From: Ignicoccus hospitalis KIN4/I
GTDB lineage: Archaea > Thermoproteota > Thermoprotei_A > Sulfolobales > Ignicoccaceae
Reading direction: 5' to 3'
Length of the DNA stretch: 32,000 nucleotides
Assembly (NCBI RefSeq): GCF_000017945.1
Contig: NC_009776.1
Coordinates: forward strand, 390,001-422,000
The notes under the pieces were generated by a model that ran no database searches, was not told where the DNA came from, and saw nothing but the letters and a program-made list of their open reading frames with translations. Below, in pieces: positions 18,078 to 25,839 of the stretch. A program made the translations under genes and the position numbers. Within the stretch, counting starts at the first letter, position 1; each line of letters starts with the position of its first letter.

Positions 18078-21029
18078 TTGTCTTGTGAGGAGCTCTTCGC
18101 TAGGAAGGCTGCGGCCCTCCTCCACGACCCTCCGGAGAAGGTCTGGGCCAGCTTCTACAAGCACGAGAGCCACGAGAAGCGCGCGAAGGACGCCGCCAAG
18201 GAGTTCTTCGGAGAGGGATTTGTGAAAACGTTGGATGAGGTGAAGGAGCACGACCGCTTAGCATCCACCGTTGACCGGTGGACCGCCGTGGGAACGGAGG
18301 TCCGTGGAAGGCTCAACGAGGTGAGCTTGGTTAACCCCTTCGACCCGGAGTTCAGTTATAAGGTCAAAATGCCGAAGATTAAGGACGACGCGATAGCTAG
18401 GTACCGTATAACGCTGAAGAGTATCTTGGAGAAGGTAGAAGATTCCTCAAAGGGGGTGACGAGGAAGAAATACCACGCCCTCTACGCCTTCATGGAGCCC
18501 GCGTGGTACGTTGAGGTGGGCCAACCCCTCCCCGCGGACTCGAGGTTCCCCACCCACACCATCTTCGACCACGTCTACGCCACGGCTATGATGGTCAACA
18601 TTTACGACCCGAAGAAGAACTTCGACGGCTTCTTCGTTGAGGTGGAGATCCCGGAGGCCCGGAGCTTCTTGAAGGGCGGCAGGGGGCCAGGAGACTGGTG
18701 GGCCAGGGGCTGGCTGCTGTCCAACATCACTTGGCGCTTGGTGGAGGAGCTGGTCTGGGAGGTGGGGCCGGACATATTGCTATTCCCCACGGCCCGCTAC
18801 AACCCCTTCTATTACTCCTTGATCCAGGAGAAGATTCCAGAACTGAAGGAAGAGTACGAGAGGTACTTGAAGCCCTTGGGCTCCGTGAAGAACCCCGTAG
18901 TGCCCCCGGCGGTTTCCCTCTTCCTCCCCCGCTGCGCCATAGAGCTCATGAAGAGTTACCTCGAGGACAAGCACCCCAAAGATCTGAAGCTTGATTCTAC
19001 AAAGATAATAAAGATGTACTTCGAAACCAGGTTAAGGGAGGCGTGGGAGGACTTCGTGAAGAAGCTCTTAGAGGGCCTCAACTCCGTGGGGGAGGCCGGG
19101 CTGGAGGGGCTCCGGACGTTCGGCGCGGAGGGGGAGCTGGGCGCCGTCTTGGAGAGGGTTGAGGACAAGCCCCCCTTCGAGGTGAGGGTAACCGTAATAG
19201 ACTTGCGGAAGGCTTTAACGGAATTCAACAAGGTCTTAAAGGAGAGGTCCCTAATTCGCGGCGTAAAGGACGAGCTGAGGGAGCTGCTGGCCAAGAAGTA
19301 CCGCGTCAGAGTAGGGCCGGGGGAGGACTTGGTGAAGGTAATTAAAGGAAAGGTCAGTGACAAAGTGTTGCCGTATACAAGAAACGAGAACGACTTGGAG
19401 AGGGACTTGGAGAGGAAGCTCTTCTTCCACTGGCTCGTGACCAGCAAGCACGAGGCCGTCAAGGGGGCAGAGGACGTCGGCGTGGACCCGAGGCTGGTGG
19501 ACGGGTGGAGCTTGGAGGAGGGGAAGAGGACTTACGAGAGCTGTGTCCGCAACAGGCCGCTGTGCGCTTGCGGCAGGCCGGCCGCCGTGCACAACCCCAC
19601 CGACAAGGACACCAAGTTCGTTAGGGCCCACGAGGCCCTCTGCCCCTACTGTTTGGCCTTGAGGTTGGCCCAGCACGTCCCCTTGGCCGAGGGGTTGAGG
19701 GCGCCCAGGGCGCTCACCTCCACCTTGGCGGCCGCGCCGGAGCTCGCGTGCTGGTTAATAGAGAAGGGGAAGGCCTCGGCCAAGGGCGCCCGCGGGAGGG
19801 AGCTCGTGTGGACCTTAGCGAGGGCGCTGCTCGAGCCACCTCCGGGGGCGACCCGGCTCAACTTGGAGGCGCTGCCGGAGGAGCTGGAGGAGAAGGGGGA
19901 GCTGGTAGCGGGGCTCGAGGGCTTTGTGATCAGAATAACGAAGGAGGACCTCCGGGCCATAAATTCGATGAACAAGTACTTAGCTGTTATTAAATCCACC
20001 GTGGACCGCTTGGACGACCTCAAGAAGGGGAGGCTCCCCTACGGGACGGAGGAATACTTCAGAGAGGCGGTGAAGAAGGGCACCGGCTCCGAGGGCGGGA
20101 AGGACTTGGAGCTGGCGATCGATATAATAAAAATTGTGGTGGACTTCGCCCGAGGGCTGGCGCCGCAGAGGGCGGGCGGAGGGGAAGCTGGGCAGACGGT
20201 GCTGGTGACCCCGACCTACCTCTCCCAGCTCTCCTACTCCTTAATGACCCAAGCCTTGGTCGACGCGAAGTTAATAGAGCTGAACTTCGGCTTGCCCGCG
20301 CTCGCCTCCGGGGGAGAGCTGGTCGCCTTGGTCCCCGCCCGGACTAGGTGTGGGCCTAAGGGGCTGCCGGAGGAGCTGGGGAAGCTGCTAAAGGACGAGA
20401 CCCTCTTGAAGAGGGTCAAGGAGGATTACTACTCCCCCGCGCTCTGGGCCTGGTGGCTCACCCGCTTGAACCACTGGGGCCTCTTGGGCGAGCCCAAGGG
20501 CTTCCGGCGGAGCGAGCTCTTCTTCGCCCCGGCGCTCCTAGCCTACGGGAGGAGGTACGGAATAGCCATTAGGCACTTCAAGGACCCCTTAGCGAAGGTC
20601 TACGAAGAGGCCGAGGGGCTGGAGGCCCCCCTGAGGTCGACGGGGGACTGGACGGGCGTCAGCTACGGCCGGCTGGGCGCCGAGGGCGTGGCCTCGCCCA
20701 ACTCTCTGGGAGCCTCGAGGAAGGAGGAGGTAGCGGAGCGGGGCCTCGGACCCACTACAGCGAGCTTGGCGTTCCTAAACTACAAAGGGTTGAGCAACAA
20801 CTACTACTACGACCTAATCTCCTTCGTAGGCAAGTACGCTTCCGCGGGAGGGAGCTCGGAGGCCTTAGAGGCCTTAATAGAGTACGTGCTCAAGAGGAAC
20901 GTAGTTAGCGGAGGGGAGGGGGCGGCGAAAGAAGCCCTCGGGCGCCTCAAGAGGGCCTTGGGCGCCGGGGCCGAGGGCCTCGAACACCTCCTCGAGTTCG
21001 GCTTCCACTGGCACAAGGCCGCGAGGTGA
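18078..21029 (+). CDS. cas10: CRISPR type III Cas10/Cmr2 large subunit with retained HD motif and degenerate palm motif (GGEL)
   Basis: 983 aa; N-terminal RKAAALLHDPPEKVW, zinc-finger-like CACGRPA..EALCPYCLAL, TPTYLSQLSYSLMTQALVDAKLIELNFGLPALASGGELVALVP aligning with the canonical ..GGDDVLALLP segment. Confidence 0.9.
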   Translation: MSCEELFARKAAALLHDPPEKVWASFYKHESHEKRAKDAAKEFFGEGFVKTLDEVKEHDRLASTVDRWTAVGTEVRGRLNEVSLVNPFDPEFSYKVKMPKIKDDAIARYRITLKSILEKVEDSSKGVTRKKYHALYAFMEPAWYVEVGQPLPADSRFPTHTIFDHVYATAMMVNIYDPKKNFDGFFVEVEIPEARSFLKGGRGPGDWWARGWLLSNITWRLVEELVWEVGPDILLFPTARYNPFYYSLIQEKIPELKEEYERYLKPLGSVKNPVVPPAVSLFLPRCAIELMKSYLEDKHPKDLKLDSTKIIKMYFETRLREAWEDFVKKLLEGLNSVGEAGLEGLRTFGAEGELGAVLERVEDKPPFEVRVTVIDLRKALTEFNKVLKERSLIRGVKDELRELLAKKYRVRVGPGEDLVKVIKGKVSDKVLPYTRNENDLERDLERKLFFHWLVTSKHEAVKGAEDVGVDPRLVDGWSLEEGKRTYESCVRNRPLCACGRPAAVHNPTDKDTKFVRAHEALCPYCLALRLAQHVPLAEGLRAPRALTSTLAAAPELACWLIEKGKASAKGARGRELVWTLARALLEPPPGATRLNLEALPEELEEKGELVAGLEGFVIRITKEDLRAINSMNKYLAVIKSTVDRLDDLKKGRLPYGTEEYFREAVKKGTGSEGGKDLELAIDIIKIVVDFARGLAPQRAGGGEAGQTVLVTPTYLSQLSYSLMTQALVDAKLIELNFGLPALASGGELVALVPARTRCGPKGLPEELGKLLKDETLLKRVKEDYYSPALWAWWLTRLNHWGLLGEPKGFRRSELFFAPALLAYGRRYGIAIRHFKDPLAKVYEEAEGLEAPLRSTGDWTGVSYGRLGAEGVASPNSLGASRKEEVAERGLGPTTASLAFLNYKGLSNNYYYDLISFVGKYASAGGSSEALEALIEYVLKRNVVSGGEGAAKEALGRLKRALGAGAEGLEHLLEFGFHWHKAAR

Positions 21030-22010
21030 GTGAGGGTGATATCCGTAGAGCCCTTGACCGGAATAACCTTCAGGAAGCCCGGCCCCTTCGGCTTGACCCA
21101 GAGGGGCCCGCTGTCGGTCAGCTCCACGTACTTCATGAAGACTACAACGCTGCTGGGACTGTTGGCGTATACCAAGTACTCGGAGGACCCGAGCTGCGCG
21201 GAGGCCCCCGAGGAGCTCCCCTTGGGCTTCTCCGCCTTGGCCTCTTGCCTCCCGTGCAGGCCCCTCAGGGGCCCTTACGCCTCGGTGAGGAGCCAGCTCT
21301 ACTTCGGAGAGGAGAGGCCCTTCAACTTGAGCGCCTTGCTGGAGCTGTGGGAGAAGGGCCTCAAGGAGGAGGTGGAGGGCCTGGCAGAGGGGAGGAAGGT
21401 TCTGGAGGACGGAGAGGGCTTGATGGACTATTACGCGAAGAGCCCTGACTTTGAGAGGGTAAGCATAATCTCAAACAAGCTGGATAGAAGGACGAAGAGG
21501 AGTGCATTCGTCTTCGTCAGGGAGAGGTTAATAATGAGTGGCGTGGAGTTCTTCTTCGAGGAGGAGGGCTGCGGGGGCGTTAGGGAGGGCGTTTACGCCC
21601 TGGGCTCGGACGGCGGCTTGGCGAGGGTGAGGCGAAAGCCCTCCAACCCGGTGGAGGGGGCGCTGAAGGAGCTCTGGGGAGAGCGGTGGGGCGAGCCCGG
21701 GGCCAAGGCAACTGTGGTGGCGGTCAGCCCGATAATACTGGGCTTCAAGGACCCCCACGACCCGCGCTCCCACTGGAAGGGAGCATTAAGGGACGCCGCG
21801 CCCGTCCGGCTCTTCTCCCGTTACGAGGTGGAACTCCACCCCCTGGGGTGGGACATGAAGAGGAACTGCCCGAGGCCCTTCGCCCCCGCAATCAAACCGG
21901 GCTCCGCGGTCGTGGGGACGCTAGAGGTCTCACCCGAGGAGCTCTACTGGCGCGGGGTGGGGGAGCTCGCGGAGCTGGGCTTCGGGAGCGTCCTCCCCTT
22001 GCCTATGTAG
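21030..22010 (+). CDS. cmr3: CRISPR type III-B RAMP protein Cmr3 (Cas5 family)
   Basis: VEPLTGITFRKPGPFG N-term, TTLLGLLAYTKY, C-terminal ELAELGFGSVLPLPM glycine-rich Cmr3-type end; last gene of operon. Confidence 0.88.
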   Translation: MRVISVEPLTGITFRKPGPFGLTQRGPLSVSSTYFMKTTTLLGLLAYTKYSEDPSCAEAPEELPLGFSALASCLPCRPLRGPYASVRSQLYFGEERPFNLSALLELWEKGLKEEVEGLAEGRKVLEDGEGLMDYYAKSPDFERVSIISNKLDRRTKRSAFVFVRERLIMSGVEFFFEEEGCGGVREGVYALGSDGGLARVRRKPSNPVEGALKELWGERWGEPGAKATVVAVSPIILGFKDPHDPRSHWKGALRDAAPVRLFSRYEVELHPLGWDMKRNCPRPFAPAIKPGSAVVGTLEVSPEELYWRGVGELAELGFGSVLPLPM

Positions 22011-23502
22011 GGGAGCAAGCTTTCTCGAACATCTCCTTAGCCTTCCTAACGCCTATCGCTTTTATGAGTCTCCCCGCCCTGGGCCCGCGCTCCTTATCTA
22101 GCAAGGCCTTATAGACGAACTTGAAGGCATCCTTGGGGCTTAGGCCTACTTTCTTGGCGACCTCATACACCTTGTTGTGTATTTCCACCGCGTCCATGTC
22201 TTCCCTTAACTCCTCCGCGAGCGCCCTCAAGAACTCGCAGCCCTTAGGGTCGCTGACCTTGCCTTGCTTGACCGTAACCTCGTACTCCTCGGGCACGAAG
22301 CCCCTCTTGACCCACTCCTCCACGTAAGGGGCCAAGTCCTTCACTGCTTGGGGATCTCCGGTGAGCTCCCCGACCTTCTTCCAGTCCCGGTATATCTGGT
22401 AGTAGACCAGCAAGTCCGCGAAGCCGGCCCTCCAGACCCTTCCCCCGCTCAGCTCCCAAGCCCTCCTCCTCTTGGGGTCCTCGTCCTCGCCCAAGGCCAC
22501 CCTCCGGTACTCCTCGTAGAGCTGCATGAGGAACCTCGGGTCCATCTTGAAGTTTTTGTTTTCCTTTATATCGTGCTTAAGTATAAAGTACATTATCACT
22601 GAAGGGTGGAGGAGGGCCATTATCTCGTGTAAGGCGCCTATGCCCTTGCTCTTGCTCATCTTTTTTCCGTTCATCAACACGAAGCCGTAGCGGAAGCCCA
22701 CCGGCGGCTCCTTCCCGAAGACCTCCTTGTGGATCCTCTTCGCCGTATCCCACGAGCCTCCCTTGGTGAAGTGGTCTACCCCTCCGCCCTCCGCGTCCAC
22801 CCCCAAGAAGTCTTGCCTAGAGGGCCAGTCGAGCCTCCAAGCGAGCTTCCAGCGGTGAGAGGAGACTTCTACAGCCCCCTCGTGGCCGCAGGCCTCGCAC
22901 TTGTAATATATCTTGTCGCCCTCTACCTTCTTCACTACGGTTTTGTCTATCCTACCGCACTTCTCACAAATAGGCTTGACGAAGCCCCACCAGTCGTCCG
23001 GCAGCTTCCTCATCGCCGTCTCCTCCATAATTTTCTTCACTTTGTCGCGCTGCTCCACGAAGAGCCTCAAGTAGTCGTCGTACCAGCCTTGGGCATAGAG
23101 CTCGCTCGCCCTCAACACCTCGTCCGGCTTTATGCCGAACTTGTCCATGAGTTCCAAGAACTCCGCGAGGAAGTGCTCGCCGTAGCTCTCGTGACACCCG
23201 TAGGGGTCCGGCACCTCCGCCAAGGGCTTGCCCAAGTGCTTTTTCAGCTCCTCTTCCTTGTCCTTCAGAGTTTGGGGGATGTCGTCGAAAGCGTCCATTA
23301 TGTCCGCCACGAAGACGAACTCGGCGTCGTAGCCCCTCCGGCGGAGCTCTTGGACTATGGAGTAGGGGTAGATGAACTCGCTCAAGGTCCCCAAGTGGGC
23401 CGGTCCGGAGGTGGTGAGCCCCGACGCCACTACGAAGGCCCTACCGCCCCTTTTCTTTATTATCTCGTCGACGATCTTGTTCAACCACTCCACAGCGCGC
23501 AC
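22003..23502 (-). CDS. lysS: Lysyl-tRNA synthetase, class I
   Basis: VVASGLTTSGPAHLGTLSEFI, RWKLAWRLDWPSRQDFLGVDAEGGGVDH, LMNGKKMSKSKG. Confidence 0.96.
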   Translation of the reverse strand: MRAVEWLNKIVDEIIKKRGGRAFVVASGLTTSGPAHLGTLSEFIYPYSIVQELRRRGYDAEFVFVADIMDAFDDIPQTLKDKEEELKKHLGKPLAEVPDPYGCHESYGEHFLAEFLELMDKFGIKPDEVLRASELYAQGWYDDYLRLFVEQRDKVKKIMEETAMRKLPDDWWGFVKPICEKCGRIDKTVVKKVEGDKIYYKCEACGHEGAVEVSSHRWKLAWRLDWPSRQDFLGVDAEGGGVDHFTKGGSWDTAKRIHKEVFGKEPPVGFRYGFVLMNGKKMSKSKGIGALHEIMALLHPSVIMYFILKHDIKENKNFKMDPRFLMQLYEEYRRVALGEDEDPKRRRAWELSGGRVWRAGFADLLVYYQIYRDWKKVGELTGDPQAVKDLAPYVEEWVKRGFVPEEYEVTVKQGKVSDPKGCEFLRALAEELREDMDAVEIHNKVYEVAKKVGLSPKDAFKFVYKALLDKERGPRAGRLIKAIGVRKAKEMFEKACSPT

Positions 23503-23552
23503 CGGGAGGAACTTCAGAGGGAGAGCTTGAAGCCCTTGTCGTCTCTCCTTTT

Positions 23553-24303
23553 CTTCCTATCCTCTTTTGAGACTCCACGGGTGAAAAAAGAGTACGTAAC
23601 GTGACGGCGATGGCAGCTTTCTATCCTCTTTTGAGACCCCACATAGAGGGGCCAGCGATCCTCCCGGCCGAAGTGAATGGAATCTACTTTCTATCTTCTT
23701 TTGAGACTCCACAGATGTACAAAAATATACATATTCCACTGCGACGATATGACCTTTCTATCCTCTTTTGAGACTCCACAAACCCTAGAACAAATAAAAA
23801 GAGCCTTACAAGAAGTTCTCTTTCTATTCTCTTTTGAGACTCCACGGCAGGGTCTACTCTCCTGAGGAACTTGAGGAGCTGCTGAGCTTTCTATTCTCTT
23901 TTGAGACTCCACTTCATCATACCGCAGGAGGCGTTCTCGCTAGTGCACTTTCCATTCTCTCTTGAGACTCCACAGCTTCTCGACGTTGACGAAGTTCAGT
24001 ATCGCGCGTACTTTCCATTCTCTCTTGAGACTCCACCGCATGCGGAGGAGGAGTGGTCATAAGAAGCGAAGATGGTAACTTTCCATTCTCTCTTGAGACT
24101 TCACGCCTTCGATGTTAAACTTCCATTCCCTTTGATGACACTTTCCATTCTCTCTTGAGACTTCACTGAAGGGGGTTCTCGGGTTAGCTGAACTCTTGAT
24201 ATCGTACTCTTTCCATTCTCTCTTGAGACTTCACATGGAAAGATAATACTGAGACCGACATGGGATTTCTGGTGTTACTTTCCATTCTCTCTTGAGACTT
24301 CAC
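23553..24303 (-). CRISPR. CRISPR array: 12 repeats of 26 nt and 11 spacers (35-44 nt); direct strand inferred minus, newest consensus GTGAAGTCTCAAGAGAGAATGGAAAG
   Basis: Repeats start (plus coords) at 23553, 23617, 23687, 23754, 23820, 23887, 23948, 24011, 24079, 24141, 24209, 24278. Crenarchaeal-type ...GAAAG end, accumulated private mutations at the 23553 end, AT-rich leader beyond 24303. Confidence 0.97.
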
Positions 24304-24560
24304 CGAAGCCTTCCATATAAAGCCCCAAGGTCTTTCCCTTAAAAGAATTGCGTTCTACCCCGAGTTCACAATTCCTCTGATTTTTCCCTTTATTCGAGAA
24401 ATTTTTCCTCTGCCCTTCCCTCCATGATCATCAGCGTTCCCATGAAAAGATATAAGGGGGTTTGAGAGAGTGAATAGTAATGGTGCGCTTTCGAATATAG
24501 GATGTTCCCATGTGGGTGAAGGTGGAAAGAGCCTTGATTATTTAGTTCGAGCTCACAATT
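24304..24560 (-). promoter_or_regulatory. Probable CRISPR leader/promoter region, AT-rich, transcribing leftward
   Basis: AT-rich noncoding segment adjacent to the most homogeneous repeats; TATA-like cttttaag (minus strand, 24338-24345) about 35-45 nt upstream of the first repeat. The outer boundary is approximate. Confidence 0.65.
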
Positions 24561-24640
24561 GTATAATACTTCTGTTGAACCGCCAAGAACGGTCGCGCCA
24601 GAGTTAAGGGCCCCCGAAGCCGTCCGGGAGGAAACGCGCG

Positions 24641-25246
24641 TTGAGGCCAGTCCTCTTGGTAGACCACAGGGACAGCTTCGTGCACAACGTAGAACAGATA
24701 ATAATGGAAGAGGGTTTCGCCGTGGCCACCTTGCGCCAGGAGGAGCTCTCGCCCTCGGCGGCTGAGAGGTTGAGGCCCTCCGCGATAGTCCTCTCCCCCG
24801 GTCCCGGCAACCCCTACGCGCAGAAGGACAAGTTCGAGACCAGCATAAGGATCGTGAACAAGTTCAAAGGCAAAGTGCCTATCCTCGGCATATGCTTGGG
24901 GATGCAAATAATAAACGTGGCCTTGGGCGGTACCTTGAGGAAGGCAAAGAGGGTCTACCACGGGGTGGTGGACGAAATAGTAGTGAAGGACAGAGGTCCC
25001 CTGTTCTTCGGCCTCCCGGAGAGGTTCCCCGCCACGCGCTACCACAGCTTGGTGGTGGACGAGCTGGGGGAGGGGCTGGTGGTGGAGGCCCTCTCGCTGA
25101 GCGACGGGGAGGTGATGGCGGTGAGGCACGAGGAGCTGCCGCTCTTCGGCCTCCAGTTCCACCCGGAGAGCATAGGCACCTTGCCCGCCGGCCAGAAGAT
25201 AATTAGGAACTTCTTGGCCCTCTCCAAGCCCCTCTCGCTGTTCTGA
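24641..25246 (+). CDS. Glutamine amidotransferase, anthranilate/aminodeoxychorismate synthase component II
   Basis: LLVDHRDSFVHNVEQ, IVLSPGPGNP, ILGICLGMQII, FGLQFHPESIGT; upstream TATA-like ttgtataatact. Confidence 0.9.
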   Translation: MRPVLLVDHRDSFVHNVEQIIMEEGFAVATLRQEELSPSAAERLRPSAIVLSPGPGNPYAQKDKFETSIRIVNKFKGKVPILGICLGMQIINVALGGTLRKAKRVYHGVVDEIVVKDRGPLFFGLPERFPATRYHSLVVDELGEGLVVEALSLSDGEVMAVRHEELPLFGLQFHPESIGTLPAGQKIIRNFLALSKPLSLF

Positions 25247-25272
25247 GGTGGTGCGCCACGAGGCCCTCCGAC

Positions 25273-25839
25273 GTGAGGACCTTCGCCTTCTGCCCTAGGT
25301 TGTACTTCTTCGAGAGGCACTTAGGTAAAGAGACTACGTTATACCAGAGGATAAGGATGTTCTTGGGGAGGATCTGGCACGCCTTGTTGGAGGCCCTCGA
25401 GGAGGAGGCGGAGGTGGAGGTGAGGGGCGAGCTGGCGGGCACGGAGGTGGTCGGGAAGGCTGACGTGGTGAAGGAGGACGCCGTGGTGGAGATAAAGAGC
25501 GGAGACGGGCCGTCGGACGGCGCTTGGTACGGGGACTACTTGCAAGCCTCCATTTACGCCGCCTTGTTAGGGCGCAAGAAAGTAATAATAAAGTATAGAA
25601 ACGGCGAGAGGACCTTCGAAGTGGACTTGGAGGAGCTCGAAAGGGTCTTGGAGCTGTTCAAGCTCGTGGCCGAGGGCTACTTGCCCCCTCCCAAGAGGAG
25701 CAAGTGGTGCAGCAAGTGCCCCTACAAGGACTTGTGCGACGCCTTGGGAGACGGGTGGGACGGGTGGTTCCCGAGGCTGCCCTACGTCAAGAGAGCCAAG
25801 GGGGTCCCAGCTCGAGGCTCTTCTCGAGCACGGCCTTAA
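25273..25839 (+). CDS. Cas4-like / RecB-family nuclease with Fe-S cluster cysteines
   Basis: TFAFCPRLYFFERHLG, GKADVVKEDAVVEIKSG, QASIYAALLG, WCSKCPYKDLC. Confidence 0.82.
   Translation: MRTFAFCPRLYFFERHLGKETTLYQRIRMFLGRIWHALLEALEEEAEVEVRGELAGTEVVGKADVVKEDAVVEIKSGDGPSDGAWYGDYLQASIYAALLGRKKVIIKYRNGERTFEVDLEELERVLELFKLVAEGYLPPPKRSKWCSKCPYKDLCDALGDGWDGWFPRLPYVKRAKGVPARGSSRARP

Noticed and set aside
18602-20419. Multiple minus-strand ORFs antisense to cas10 (e.g. 18698..18994, 18956..19462, 19251..19676, 19646..20023)
   Set aside because: Low-complexity Ser/Pro/Gly/Arg-rich compositions typical of shadow ORFs in GC-rich genes, with no recognisable motifs.
15721-22010. Interpretation as a completely novel defence system
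   Set aside because: All five proteins carry recognisable Cmr family signatures; the novelty is in the variant features (GGEL, missing Cmr1), not in a new system type.
22729-23604. 291-aa plus-strand ORF antisense to lysS and extending into the CRISPR trailer
   Set aside because: Reverse shadow of a well-supported class I LysRS; its C-terminus simply translates CRISPR repeat/trailer DNA (FFLSSFETPRVKKEYVT).
23557-23912. Small ORFs inside the CRISPR array (23557..23739, 23677..23865, 23691..23912)
   Set aside because: Protein repeats such as SLKR/ESQK/GVSKEDRK and FLFSFETP are translations of the CRISPR repeat, not genes.
24542-25162. 206-aa minus-strand ORF opposite the TrpG-like gene
   Set aside because: Antisense shadow of a gene with clear amidotransferase catalytic motifs; composition-biased and motif-free.
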